DNA of 60,246 nucleotides, filler included, from Bonamia ostreae (Eukaryota): NCBI GenBank assembly GCA_040357525.1. It is 12 parts of 12 records of this genome, joined end to end, with 100 filler letters (N's around TTAATTAATTAA, not from the genome) between each part and the next. Parts side by side here need not be neighbours in the genome. Positions count along the whole stretch, not along the records: positions 10,154 to 15,125 come from JBDODL010000246.1; positions 15,226 to 20,189 come from JBDODL010000247.1; positions 20,290 to 25,223 come from JBDODL010000248.1; 9 more parts are not named here. One strand, 5' to 3'. Shown piece by piece: positions 10,154 to 23,134 of this stretch (position 1 is its first letter; each line of letters starts with the position of its first letter). The notes under the pieces were generated by a model. It saw only the letters and a program-made list of their open reading frames with translations, ran no database searches and was not told where the DNA came from. The position numbers and the translations under genes were made by a program.

Positions 10154-13100
10154 AAAACTGGATTATAAGCAGAATTGATTGCCGAAGAAGATTGTTTTCT
10201 GAAAAAGTTTTTATCCGCTTCTTCGACTGTATTTAATATCGACCTTTGTAGTTCCGGAAGAATGTCGAAAAGATATCTCGTTATTTTCTTTTTTTTTATA
10301 AAATTTACATTTTCTTTAAAATCAAATATTAAAAATTTCCATTTTTAGACTTTATTATAAATTGGCCAAATTTTAATAAACAGTATTCACTAGTTCTTTG
10401 CAAAACGATAAAATTTCATTTTTATTTTGAAATTTTGTTTTCTCAAATTTTTCAAACGGCTCAAAAATAAAAATCGACAGAACTGTCTGAAAACATTTTT
10501 CAGCTTCAGTCGGCAAATATTCACAAATATTCCAATTCGACTCAATTTCATAATTTTTAACATTGTTTTGATTTTTGCTGTTTTGGCTATTTTTGGCTAA
10601 TTTTGGATCGATTTTTTGACTATTATAACCAATTTCCTCTATTCCGGCAAAATTGTTCGAATCCAAAAATAAAAATGTTTTCCAAATTTTTAGTTTCGTC
10701 AAACTTAAAATCGAAAACATTTTTGTCGCCATTAACGATTTTAGTCTTTTATTGAAATTCAAAACACAAAATTTTCATAAACGGAAGCGGCTGAAAAATC
10801 CGTTTTTCGAGTGTCTAAAATCAATTTTTCAAAAGACAAAAAAATTATTTCCGACCCGATTTTTCTCAAGTTTTTGACCAGTTCTCTCAAATACCGTTCC
10901 ATTGTCAATTTTACGTAATTGTGATTATAAGGATCATAACTTTTAAATTTCGATTCAACCAAAATTCGACAAATAAACAGTTTGCAAAAAATAAAAACGC
11001 CAAAGAAGATCGGCAGCGCAGCCATCTGTTGACGTTTCCCAACAACAAATCCGCATTTTCGTCTTCTTCTTCCGCTGCGTCATGCCACAAATGTTCGACC
11101 ATTTTTACTAAAACTTTTACGGCTTTGGAGGAATTTCCAGTTTCGCCGCTTAAAAAATTTGTGGAGCGAAATTTTTTTAAGAGATTTTTGCTTTTGTTCA
11201 TTTTTGTCACTTTTCTTGTCAAAGTTTGGTCCATCTCCGTTTTTTCGATTTCTTCGCTAAACAGGATGGCGCAAACTGATAATATCGATATTCTGAATTC
11301 TATGCAATATGTTCTGTACAGTCCTAAAGTCGTAAAATTTATATTTTCAATTGCGAAAACCTGGAGAAGAGTAAAATTTGGAATCGTTTTCTTTGACAAA
11401 AAATTCATCTTCTTCGTAACCACCAAAATCGGGTTCTTTTGTTCTAGAAAACCAACTGCAAATACCATTTTTCTCCAATTCGCGAGCGTAAAAAATGTCT
11501 AATATGTTGATTAGATCTCCGGATAACAAATTTCCGATAGGAATTCGACAATAACTTTTTATAAATATTACAAAATTTTGTTACAAAAATTATCGTTTTT
11601 GTAAATTATAATCTATTTCAAGTTGAAAAAATTATCATCGTTTTTGTATAATAATTTTCTATTTGTTACAAAAATTATCGTCGTTTAAAAACGATAAATT
11701 AGTTCCGAATAATAAATTAAATCTTGTAAAAAATAGAAATTATTTTAAAAACTTGGCCATTTTAGATTGATTGAGCCACCATTCCCTTTGCGTTTTAAAA
11801 CGATTAACAGCGGTCGTCACTAAAAATCGAACCCAACGAAAAGCTGGATATTTGCAATCCACTTTATTAAACGGCACCGAGACACATGGCGCACTAAACT
11901 TAATCGCAGGGAATAAATGTTCGAAAGAAATCTGCGTTTGAAACAAAACAAAAAAATTTTTGTGTTCTTTCAGTTCAATCAAAATCCTTTTTTCAGTCAT
12001 TTTTGTCGCTTCTTCAAAGTTTTTCGAGGACTTTTTTTCTATTTTGGCTATTTTTTAAAATCAATTTTTTTATTTTTTCAAGTTAATATTTTTACTACAA
12101 AAAAGATAACATTTTTAAAATTGTTAACATTCACAAAAATACAAAAAATTTCAAAAAACAATCTAATTTTCCAAAATCCTTAAAATTCTGTTTTCTAGAA
12201 ATTCTGTCAACCAATTTTCCAACATTAATCTGTTCGATCTCCACGTTGTCGCCCGAATTCACAAAAATGACCAATCCTTTCAACAAATCTTTATCTCTCA
12301 CAAAAACAGCAAAAAATCCGCGCGCGTTCAAACGAGAATGATAAACAAATACAACTTTCGCCAAATCTTTAGAACGAAATTTTTCCACTTTAGACAACGC
12401 TTCAAAATCATCCAAATTTTTAGCCGACTTTTTGGAATTCTTTTCTTCAAAATTGACAAATTTCACATTGTTTGTAAGCTTCGTCACAACTTTGAAAATC
12501 GTCGGGACGAAGGCTTCGTAAACGCCTTCAACAAAAGGCGAAACTTTCAAATTTAGCCAATCAGCAAATTTTAAATCGTCTTTAAAGTCCGAATCAATTT
12601 TTGGGGTGACTTCGTACAGATCAAACAATTTTTTGGACTGCGGCAACGTCTTTTTAGATTTCTTAAATAGGAATTGGCTATTTTCAAAATTAACCAAGTT
12701 TTTTCTGTTTGAATAAAAATTGACTAAAAATCTGTTTGGGGCAAAAATATAAAATTTGAAGAGATTGTTATTGGTGGAAGCCCAAATTAGATATTGTTTG
12801 GAATTGTTAAATTTTAAAATTTGGACTATTTTTAAATTGCTTTTCCCAAATTTTAGGTTCGCGTTTTTGACAAATTGGTTCATTGTTTTTGGTTTGATAT
12901 TTTTTGTTTTGACTTTCGACCATTTCAATTTGGCCATTTTTAACCTTTTAAATTATTTTTGAATAAAATTAACCAATTTGGAAAATCTTCATCGAAAGAA
13001 GCGTTTTCAATTAAAATTTTTGTTTTCTGTTCAATTTTTCGGTTAATAATTTTTTCCAATTTTTCTTTTAATATTTTGGACATTTCGTCTTTATTTATTT

Positions 13101-14933
13101 TCGGGCTTCTGTTTTTAATATTTTTAATTTCAAATTCTGTTTCGTTTTGGTTGTTGTTCAAATTGTCAATAAAGAATTCTTTAATTTTCGGTTGATTAAA
13201 GTTATTAAATTTCAGCTTTTTTAGCCAATCCGGGTGTGGCAATCTTTTAACTGGATTTTCGATCTTTGTTAAATTTTAAAATTGCAACGTTTTGGATTGC
13301 CGCCGGCAAAGTCACAATTTTCCTAATGCAGACGCCGAGACGTTCTTTATAATATTCCCAATCGATTATGTCTCTCACATCAAAACTTTGCATTGACGAT
13401 TGTTTGCACCACCTTTTATAATTTGGTTTTCACACATTTTCATTTTGTCGTTAAAATTTGCTGATCAACAAAAATTTAATAATTTGGTCAAATTTTGTCG
13501 TTTGTAAAAATTAAAAAAAAAATTGGTCAAATTAGTTCAATATTTAAAATTGTTAAAAAATTTAGTCATTCAATTTAAACTAATTGAAAATTTCAGTTTT
13601 TAATTTGATCTTTCGTAAATTAAAATTCGCATTTAAACTTTTTCAAAAATCTTTTTTTGGTCTCAACATCATCGACCTGAAATATAGTCACCGGGATCAC
13701 TCTCTCGCTTACACTCATTTTCTCCGGAAAACGACTGATCACAAATTTCAGAGAAAGCCCTTCTCCTTGAATCATTTTGTCGCCCAAAAACTCGCCGATT
13801 CTTTTAGCGCAAGTTATCGAAGTCGACTTTGTTTTCTCATAATCTTCGATGTTTCGGCTCATGTTCTTCGATTCGGCAAACAAATCGAAAATGTCTTCAT
13901 CTCTCAATCCTTTGCCTTTCCCGAAAATGACGTCCAGCCAATAATTGGAAATTTGAGCGGCGCTCGAATATATCTGGGACAGATTTTGTCCGTTCAGAAA
14001 ACGGTAAAAAACTTCTGTTTGATATATTTTGACGATTTTGAGTTCGCCTCTTCTCTTGAGCTCAAACCCTTTTAATTCGGCCAAAGTGTTGTTTCTGTTG
14101 AAGACGGCGTATCTTTTTTTCAGTGTTTTCCCTTCTTCGGGGGAGGCGGGCAACATCATGCAGCGATAAGGGCCGTCTGCTTCGAAGAAAATGGAGCATT
14201 CCGTTTTAGTTTCATATTTTGCCGTTTCGGATGTTTTCACAAGTTTCTTAAATTTTCCGACGTAAATTTTAATTAAATCGGTTTTAACCAACGCAGTCTA
14301 ATTTAAACTCTTGACTGCCATTGTTATAGAACATTGTTACAATGCAGTTCAGACATTCAAATGTTTACTTTTAAACTCTTGACTGCCATTGTTATAGAAC
14401 ATTGTTACAATGCAGTTCAGACATTCAAATGTTTACTTTTAAACTCTTGACTGCCATTGTTATAGAACATTGTTACAATGCGGTTCAGGTTTGCGATGAT
14501 GGAAATGTTAACTCAATAAATTGAGCCAATGACAACTCAATGATTATAATTCACAAAAATTACAAAATAATAAAATTCGAAAAACCTGATAAAACCGATT
14601 CTCAAACTTTTCGTGCGTTAGCAAATTCAAAACAGAACACAAAAAAGAGAAACGCTTCTTCACGCCATTTTTATCACAAAACTCAAAGTCAGTAGGAAAC
14701 AACGACGGCAAACAACACCAAACGCCGTCCGTATCCAATTCCAACGGACGACTAAAGTTCTCCAAAAACTCACGAGCTCCTTTTATTATTTCTGCGCCAA
14801 TTTGTGTTGTTATTGCCGCCATTGGCATAGAATACCATCTCGAACTTTTTCTCATGACATAACCGTAGAAAGAGTTGAGAATACATTTATGTGCTAATTG
14901 CATCGAATCAAAAACTGTTGACATTTCTAGCAA
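10154..14933 (-). CDS. POLE: DNA polymerase epsilon catalytic subunit, central and C-terminal part, multi-exon, truncated at both contig ends
   Basis: [90 protein letters not shown]. Confidence 0.95.
14302..14488. repeat. Near-perfect 68-bp tandem repeat, about 2.75 copies, in a POLE intron
   Basis: TTTAAACTCTTGACTGCCATTGTTATAGAACATTGTTACAATGCAGTTCAGACATTCAAATGTTTACT starts at 14302, 14370, 14438. Confidence 0.97.
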
Positions 14934-15225
14934 CTTTTTTAATTCTCTTTCTTTGTTACCATTTTTGTCACCGACTTTTTATTGTTGGTGCCGTTATTTT
15001 TGTCCCATTTTTATTATTTTTACTTGTTAACAAATGATCAATTTGATTATTTTTGTTGTTAAAATTATCGATTTTAATTGTTTTTTGTTGTTTTTGCATG
15101 TTTTGTCTTTGATCTTTTTTATTTTNNNNNNNNNNNNNNNNNNNNNNNNNNNNNNNNNNNNNNNNNNNNTTAATTAATTAANNNNNNNNNNNNNNNNNNN
15201 NNNNNNNNNNNNNNNNNNNNNNNNN

Positions 15226-17667
15226 TAAACGAATAAAGAAATCACTCAAATTAATTTGCTGTTACGATCTATACAATCAAACGACCTCGAAATGACAAAA
15301 TTTATGCTAAAAATCGCTTCAGATTTAAACATGAAACTTCCAGACGGCAACACTTTCCTAAATAAAACCATTTCCCTATTCGAAAATATCTCAATCTTAG
15401 AGGCCATTCTAGACCACCCCCGAATCCTGATGAACCTCCCAAACTCGCTTGGACACACACCAATAAACACCGCTGTTATCAAAATGTCCTGTCCCATCGT
15501 CGAACTATTGATCCGAAAAGGCGCCATCTGCGATCCTTTTGTCAACCTTTCTATAGATCCCCTTATAAATTTATTCTCTGCGCCAATTCTCAGTCTTAAA
15601 ATAATGGAATTATTGTTAAAAAACAACGCGTCGATTTGTTCCTTGCACGAAAACAAAACGATTTTTGCGATTGCGCTGGAAATCCAAAGTTTGGAAGTCA
15701 TTGAGATGCTACAAAAATTTAATCCCCCTTCAAAGCAAATTGAGTTCCAAAGGAATTTTGAAGCTTTAAAGCAGATTTCCAAAGCAAAACTTGAAATTGC
15801 GAATGGAAACGGTTTTGAAATAAACTATTCTAAATTTAAAGGCCGAAAGAATAGCGAAGAGAAATCCGAAAAATTGAAGAAAACGACCCAAAAAATAGAA
15901 TTAATGAAAATATTTAACCCAAATGTCGAAAAATCTGGAATTTTTAATGACACTGATCATAATTTTGTTTCAATACAATTTAAGAAATTGAGTGACTATG
16001 TTCTCACTGTTTTTTTTTATAATTTTAAAAAATCAAAATTAATTTTTGAGAAATATTGAAAAATCTCAAAATTTAAAATTAAAAGAATACGAGGCCATTA
16101 AGTGTTGAAGAGATATTTTTATCGATCAAAACATTCAACAAAAGCGCTTTCCAATATTTGATAAAGTGCAAAACAGATTTAATGGAAACATTTTTTAACA
16201 AAAACGAAAAAACTGTTCTTTTAAACGAAACGGTCAAATTGGCCAAAAATGTCGATAAACAATTCCAAAAGGATTTTTGTGTTTTTGCAATTACAGAAAT
16301 GATAGAAAATGGCGCTAATCCGAATTTTAAATTCGAAGACAGTTTTAACAAATTTTAAATTCGACAAAATGCTTTTTTTACAAAATGAAAATTTAAAATT
16401 TTGCAAAAACAGAAAAGAGTGCGATTGAATTAGCAAAAGAAGAAAATTTGGAAACGATTTTAAAAATATTATCAAATTATTTACACGACGTCAAAAAAGA
16501 TAATGGTGTTGAAAGCAAAGTTAATGATTTTGATTCAAATAAAATGGATCAAAACTGTGAAATTAAGTTAGTCATTGACGGTTTTAACAAAATTTTCAAT
16601 TTTGAAAATATAAATTAAAATAATCAAAAAGAAAATATAAAAACAGACGAATTAGAACCGCTAAAAATAGTCAATTTTGAAAAAACAAATTATTTTTTGA
16701 AAGAATATTCTGAAAAGACCAAATATTATTTAAAATATTCCGACAATGGCGAAAGTAAAAAATCTGTTTCAAAAAATTTTGCCAAAAAAGATCGAAAAAT
16801 GAGCGGTAAATGTTCAAAGAAAAATGGGAAATTGCTTTTTTCTAAAAACGAATCAATAAATTATGTGCACGATTACGAAAATTCAAACAAAATTGTTAAA
16901 AATGACAGAAAACCAATTACAAATTTTGCAAAAAAACAATCAATTCGATCACAAAACGAAGATGGCGATAAAACGGCAAAAAATAATCAAACTCAATTAA
17001 AAACGACTAAAAACGGCGATAAAACGGCAAAAAATAATCAAATTCAATTAAAAACGACTGAAAGCGACCAAAAATTATCCAAATCGATGACAGATGGCAT
17101 CAGGTTAAATCAGTTAGAAAAAAGTTACGCGAGCGTTCTGACAAAGAAAAAAAATTTTGAAAATCTTTCGAAAAAATTCGATTCGCACAATTCCGGTTCT
17201 ACCGCTCCAGTCACACGGTCTCCAACAAAAAACAAATTTCGCGTTTTAAAAATACCGAACACTGGCTTTTATGAACTGGACATCCCATCTTATTATTTGA
17301 CAGTTTTCTTATTAATCCAAAAATTTTGTAAATTTTTGTTATTTTTGAAATGTCAAAATATTATCAAAATATTGATCAAATTTGCACTTTTTAAATTCAA
17401 ATAAGGGAGACATAACGGAAAAAGATAGTTTTGGTTTGCAGAGAATAGTTTACCCAAACACATCTTTCTTGTTTATCGAAGAATAAATGCAAAAATATTT
17501 TTATAACATCATTATGTCTTTATTAATGCCAAAGTTTCCCAGCAAAACGTTTTTTGCAAAAATATAAAAATTGCCTCAAAACGTTTTTTGGCGTTAATTT
17601 GGCAAATTTTATTATCTGTTTTAAAAAGGATTTGAACAAAAATAAAAATATTTTAAAAATCCGTTAA
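15226..17667 (+). CDS. Ankyrin-repeat protein, 5'-truncated, multi-exon; 3' end uncertain; 51-bp in-frame duplication at about 16961-17068
   Basis: GNTFLNKTI, GHTPINTAV...IVELLIRKGA, IMELLLKNNA, MIENGANPNF, KSAIELA; GDKTAKNNQ.QLKTT twice. Confidence 0.7.
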
Positions 17668-18006
17668 TTTTAAAAATGTCGTCTTATGCCAAAAATATTT
17701 TAATCGCGGAATGTACCGAATGAGAAGTTAAAAGTCATCTTATTCGAATAAAAATTTTATCGCCTTTAAAACTGAAAAACTAAAAGCAAAAGAAGAGGCT
17801 CTAATAAACATAACAAAATTACTATAATAGTTTTCTGTCAAACAAAAACTGTCAATTAAAGAAACTCGATATCAAAACTCAATTTTAAAGCTTTACCAAA
17901 ATTCCCAATATATAACCTTTGATTAAACTAAATTAGCTCAAAAGTTATATTTGGTTCACATAATAAATCTCTCACTAAATTTTATAAAAAGCTTTTAATT
18001 AAGTTA

Positions 18007-20036
18007 ATGAGCTTATTTGAAATCAAAAATAAACTTAAATCAATAGACGAGCTTCATGTTCACATTTTAATTTTAAGGGAAGAGTTGAGTTAGTGCGCAA
18101 AATCTTGACACATCTGACTCAAGAACAAGACTTCCTAATTCAAACAGCAAAAAAATTTTCTAGCTCTCTTCTGTCTTATGGAGAGACCCTTCAAGATCTC
18201 TCCAAATTCGACTTCTCCTTAGAAAATCTCGGGTTTCCAAAAATAAAAAATTAAAGAGAGTTGAACAAATCGGGCAAATTGCTGAAAATGCAAATGTCAA
18301 AAATGGGTGATTTGCTCAAAACAGTCGTTGGAAATTTTTTAGACCGTTTTAATAGATCAAAAATAGACAAAGTCAAAGATTTGGAGCGACTGATTGATAA
18401 AGAAAACACTGAAAAAATTGATCAAATTCGCATCGAAATAGAAAACTATGCGGATTCTCTCAAACAGCGAAAATCTGAATTTGACATCGTTTCTAAAAAA
18501 TTCCAAAATTGATCAATTTCAAAAAACAATTTGTTCAAAAATTATCAAAAAACAATTTATTCAAAAAGTTAATTAAAAATCAATTTCGATAAAAAAAATT
18601 TCAATCGACTTCAAAAAATCAATTTCGATAAATATCAATTTGTTGAAAAAAATTAAAGATAAAATCAATTTCGCAAAATAAATAAATTCGATAAAAAATC
18701 AAATTCAAAAAAAAACAATTAATAAATAATTTCGATAAAAATCAATTTAATAAAAAAAAATTCGATAAAATTAAAAAAAACAATTTCGATAAAAATCAAT
18801 TTATTCAAAAAAATCAATTTCAAATTTTAGTTTTTAGTGCCATTACAAAACAAAATCAAAACGGTCGAAGCAAAGCAATCGTCTTTGGATTCATTAGAAT
18901 CGAATCGTTACGGAAAAGTGGAAAAAATACACAGATTGAGATTGAATCTCCGCGAACTCCAAAAAGAGCGAGAAATGTTACAAGAAAAAGCTGAAACCAA
19001 ATTGGAAAAACTGCGAACAGAATTCAACAGAGAAAACGGCGACATTTTGGCTGCGCTTCAGAAATTCTTAGAGCACAAACACAAAGTGAACACCGAAATT
19101 TTGGGTGACTTTTTTGACGATCTGAAGAAAAAACTTGGTCTTCTAGGCGACCTTCTTCAATCAAGTTTCATTTTTTCTGTTAAAATTGAAAATTTTGGCT
19201 ATAAAACTTGAAGATTTTGTAAAAAAATTTGGGTCTGTAACAATTAACTACAAAAATTCTGTAACGTTTGCAAAAAGGAACCAAAAAAGTGAAAAGCGAA
19301 TTTACCGCTGCAAGAGATGTTTCGGAATTATCGATGAAAATGAGCGGAGAAGCCGGTTCGATGGGATTTTATTTTCACGAAAATTTGATGGTTTTGTCAA
19401 TTTTTTGTTAAAATGGATTAGCAAAAAATTTTGCAATTTTCGAAAAATCTCAATAAATTACAAAAAATTAATTGAGAAATATAAAATCTAGGAAAGCGAT
19501 ATTTTGGAATCGACGAGAACGATTCTTCAAAAATCGCGAGATTTGGGGGAAAAATTAATCTCGTTTACGAGTCAATTTGGTTCTGCGCATAAATGTTTTA
19601 AGAAAGATGTTTCTTATTGTTTTGCTGCACAGTCCGTCCTCTCAAAAAATCTTGGAAATTTGATTAGTGCTATTAACGATTTTTATGAATATCGCTCTTT
19701 TGTTATCGAAAGTTTTATCTATTTTTTTGGGAAAAGCTATTTTGGCTAAATTTTAAAAATATTTGTTTTTTTGGGAAAAGTTATTTTGGCTAAATTTGGT
19801 TAAAATAAAAAGCCGAAACGAAAAAATTCGAATATTTCATTGAAAAATTGGGGGATTACGCCGAATCATTACAAAATTACACAGCGAAAAATGGCGAAGC
19901 TTTGGAAAAAATCGATCCGAAAGATATCAAAACAAAAAAGAGTTCGACGGGACTAGGAGCAGGTTTCGATGAAAATTTCTTCGCCGCTCTTGAAGAATCT
20001 AAAAGCACTTTTAATGCCGATGTTGAAAACTTTAAA
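18007..20036 (+). CDS. Helical/coiled-coil protein, possibly BAR-like; multi-exon, 3'-truncated
   Basis: ORF segments 18261-18512, 18837-19211, 19504-19749, 19848-20036 separated by GTT..AG introns; amphipathic heptad pattern. Confidence 0.5.
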
Positions 20037-20289
20037 GTTTTTTTTCAAATCCAATTTTTTTTATCAAATTTTTATATTTATTTCGAATTGCAATTTCTTA
20101 TAAAACATTTTTCAGTTTTTTTTTTCAAATTCAATTTTTTTATCAAATTTTTATTTATTTCGAATTGCAATTTCTTATAAAACATTTTTNNNNNNNNNNN
20201 NNNNNNNNNNNNNNNNNNNNNNNNNNNNNNNNNTTAATTAATTAANNNNNNNNNNNNNNNNNNNNNNNNNNNNNNNNNNNNNNNNNNNN

Positions 20290-20766
20290 AAATATCTTTA
20301 TAAAAAAAGATTTCCTCCGCAACATTTACTTTTTTGCTAAAACCGAAAAAATTAATCCAAGAAATCCAATTGCCGCTTTTAAAATAACGCGATTTCGCAC
20401 AAACCGTTTTATCGCTTGCTAAAATTTCCTTAAAACCGAAAATTATTTTTGGAACAAAAATTCGCAAAAAAATTTTGCAAAAACCAAAATCTCGCTTAAA
20501 CACAATGGATTCCCGACAACCGAATGATAAAAATGCTGTCGCAAAATTTTTTTCGAAATAGAAATTTTTCGTATTCTTTTTTCGTTTTTGTCATATAAAC
20601 TACATTGCTTTGCAAAAGACCGAATCGCTATTTTCCAAAATCGGATTTTCTTTTCATATTCTTCTAGTTTTGAGCGATCTGGCATCGGCGCAAACATGAG
20701 AGCCATTTCGCGTTCGTCGTTCCAATTTTTCGGATATTTAAATTTAGACGACATTCCGCAGTACAT
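20290..20766 (-). CDS. CHMP7: CHMP7-like ESCRT-III protein, N-terminal winged-helix part (3'-truncated); start at 20766 or 20754
   Basis: PKNWNDEREMALMFAP...KIRFWK...PLCLSEIL/EIL...WISW parallels CHMP7 PEWEEDEERMSFLFS...KMGFW...PLGLGTVL...WISW. Confidence 0.75.
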
Positions 20767-20768
20767 AA

Positions 20769-21406
20769 ATGTTTTTTGGCGGCGGAAATGGCGAGTTTGA
20801 TGATAATATAAGCGCTTCGTCGTTCCACTTTTTGTTTTCGGAGATTGTTTTTATAATTGTCGATAAAATAATCGTCCGAGAGCTTTAATTTTTCGTATGT
20901 GCTAAATTTTGATGGATCATCTAAATAAAAAATTAGATTAAATGGTGTTGTGCAGATGAAGACGATATCGAAAAAGTCGAAAATAATTTATTCGTCATTG
21001 GCCAAAAAATCGGTTTCAAACAAACGGAGAAAATTCTTTGTAAACAAAGTTTTGATATTAAAAAGAAAAAGAAAAAAGGATAACAACTTTTCAAAATTTG
21101 CTTCAATTAATCCACAATGAACTTTGGAAATCGTTGTTTGGCAAAACAGCGGATGGCGTCGAACGCAACAAAAACGACAAAAATCAGTTTTTGATTTTTG
21201 ATAAAAATCCTTTAACAAATCAATTTGTTTCGGTCCCTTCAAATTTGGGTGATTTGAACGTTGCCACGTTTATCGCTGGAATCGTTAAAGGTGTTTTGGA
21301 CGCGAATTTTGTCAAATCAAATGTGACCACTCGATACACTTCTTCCAAAAATAAAGAAGAAACTGTATTCATTATCGATATTGAGGATTTTTCTGGATTT
21401 GAATAA
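20769..21406 (+). CDS. TRAPPC5: TRAPP complex subunit 5 (Trs31); intron 20847-20936; unresolved junction at 21048-21083
   Basis: ISASSFHFLFSEI/IKWC...LFVIGQKIG; LWKSLFGKTADGVE, DKNPLTNQFVSVP, LNVATFIAGIVKGVL. Confidence 0.9.
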
Positions 21407-21484
21407 ATTTTTTTATTTGGAAATATTTTTTTGGTCAATTAACTAACAATAAATATCACTTTGGTCAAATTTCTTCCAAATCGT

Positions 21485-21570
21485 CTGTTTAATGGGCGAA
21501 GTTTCTTATTCATTTCTGTTTAATAGGCGACGTTCGTATCCATTTCTGTTTAATGGGCGACGTTTCGTTT
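21485..21570. repeat. Intergenic ~30-bp tandem repeat, 3 copies (CATTTCTGTTTAATGGGCGACGTT)
   Basis: Directly visible. Confidence 0.85.
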
Positions 21571-21834
21571 TAAAATATATTTCGTTTTTCGATTTTGTCC
21601 TTTAAAAATAAGATTTTTATTTTTACTAATTAATTTTAAATTAAAACAAAATAGTGTAGAAATGTCACTTTGTTAAACTAATAGCGGAAAATTTAACGGA
21701 AAATTATCTGATTTAACAACAAATGGATAATAAAAAAGCAAAACATAACAACAAAGATAAAAAATTTGAAATTATCTAAGAGCAAAAACACACAAATTCA
21801 CTTAATTTCATACACAATTTACAAGTTAATAAAA

Positions 21835-22569
21835 ATGGCAACAATCAAATTTATTTTTTATTCTCTTTTATCTATTAACATTTACAGAACAAATTGCGTT
21901 TTCTCCAACGAAGACTCGAAATTTATTGTTTTGGATCCCTCGACAAATTACAAAGAAATTACCGATGAAAATGTTAATATAAATGACAAAGATTCGATTT
22001 TCGTCAACTGTGTAACTGATATGCTCACTGTCAATGACGTCAACATTGGTTACGCTTTAATATATTGCGACGGTGAAACATTAATAAGTCAGTGGAACCA
22101 AGTTAATGTAGACCGTATTGATTGCCTAGAAATCTCAGTTGAAAAAACAGTCTGTAAGTTTCCAGATACTGATTCCAACGACAAAATAAAATATCCTCTG
22201 TTACATTCCGGTTTCAACTATCTTCCAAACGAAGCTGTAACTTCTGTTTATTGCGATGGATATGAATATTATTTGTTCAAAGTTAGTTGTGTTGAATCGA
22301 AGTATGTCTATACAGATCAAAACGATAAAGAAATCCAAAATGTGAATAATTTTTGTTCGAGCATGAATAAAAATTGCGATCCTTCGATGTTGCCAAAACA
22401 ATTGTTACCTACTACATACACAATGACATTTAATGAGCACAAAATTAATGTCAAATGTTTTTACACTGGCAAAATCTATATCCTCGAGTGTTCTGATACC
22501 AATTACCAATATGAAAATGAGAATTTGACTCAAAAAATCGCCAATTCAATTTGTAATAGTTTTTTTTAG
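21835..22569 (+). CDS. Putative secreted Cys-rich protein; 3' exons unresolved
   Basis: Hydrophobic N-terminus MATIKFIFYSLLSINIY; recurring Cys spacing (VNC..YCDG..C, VYCDG..VSC..C, VKC..LEC..C). Confidence 0.6.
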   Translation: MATIKFIFYSLLSINIYRTNCVFSNEDSKFIVLDPSTNYKEITDENVNINDKDSIFVNCVTDMLTVNDVNIGYALIYCDGETLISQWNQVNVDRIDCLEISVEKTVCKFPDTDSNDKIKYPLLHSGFNYLPNEAVTSVYCDGYEYYLFKVSCVESKYVYTDQNDKEIQNVNNFCSSMNKNCDPSMLPKQLLPTTYTMTFNEHKINVKCFYTGKIYILECSDTNYQYENENLTQKIANSICNSFF

Positions 22570-23134
22570 AATTTTGAAATTTAGAAGCCAATTCCGCAGA
22601 AAGTTATTATCGCCCAAGACACACAAACGATTTATATTGTAAATGAAGTAACAATGTTGATAAAATTTTTACGACAAATATGTATATAAACCTTTCGTTG
22701 CACCAAAAACACAATCTTTAGTATCCAAAAAAAGAACACCTCTATCCAAAATGATCATTCATTTGGTTTGCTTCGCAATTTAAAAAAATGCAACAAAAAA
22801 TTTAAAAGATGCACAAATCAAAAATTTATGTTGCCAAACAATTTAAGATTGCCTTAAATTATTGCGTTCAGTTGATCTCAACTTACTAATAGCAGATATC
22901 CATAATAAAGACGATGAAAATACCTGGCTATCTATCTACTACGAATGTGTCTATAAAAATCGATTAAAAGTAATTATTGAAAAAACAAGAAATAATTACA
23001 AGTAATTTGAAAGTATTCAAAATACGTTTAAGAGAGATTTTTAGCCTATTTAACGTTTTTGAGTTTATTTTGGTATATACATTGGGGCAAAAATATTAAA
23101 TTTAAACAGTAACAACAGAATTTGCAAATGCAAT

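Noticed and set aside
14302-14488. CRISPR-like direct repeats
   Set aside because: Whole units are identical with no unique spacers, no cas genes, and the context is a eukaryotic intron
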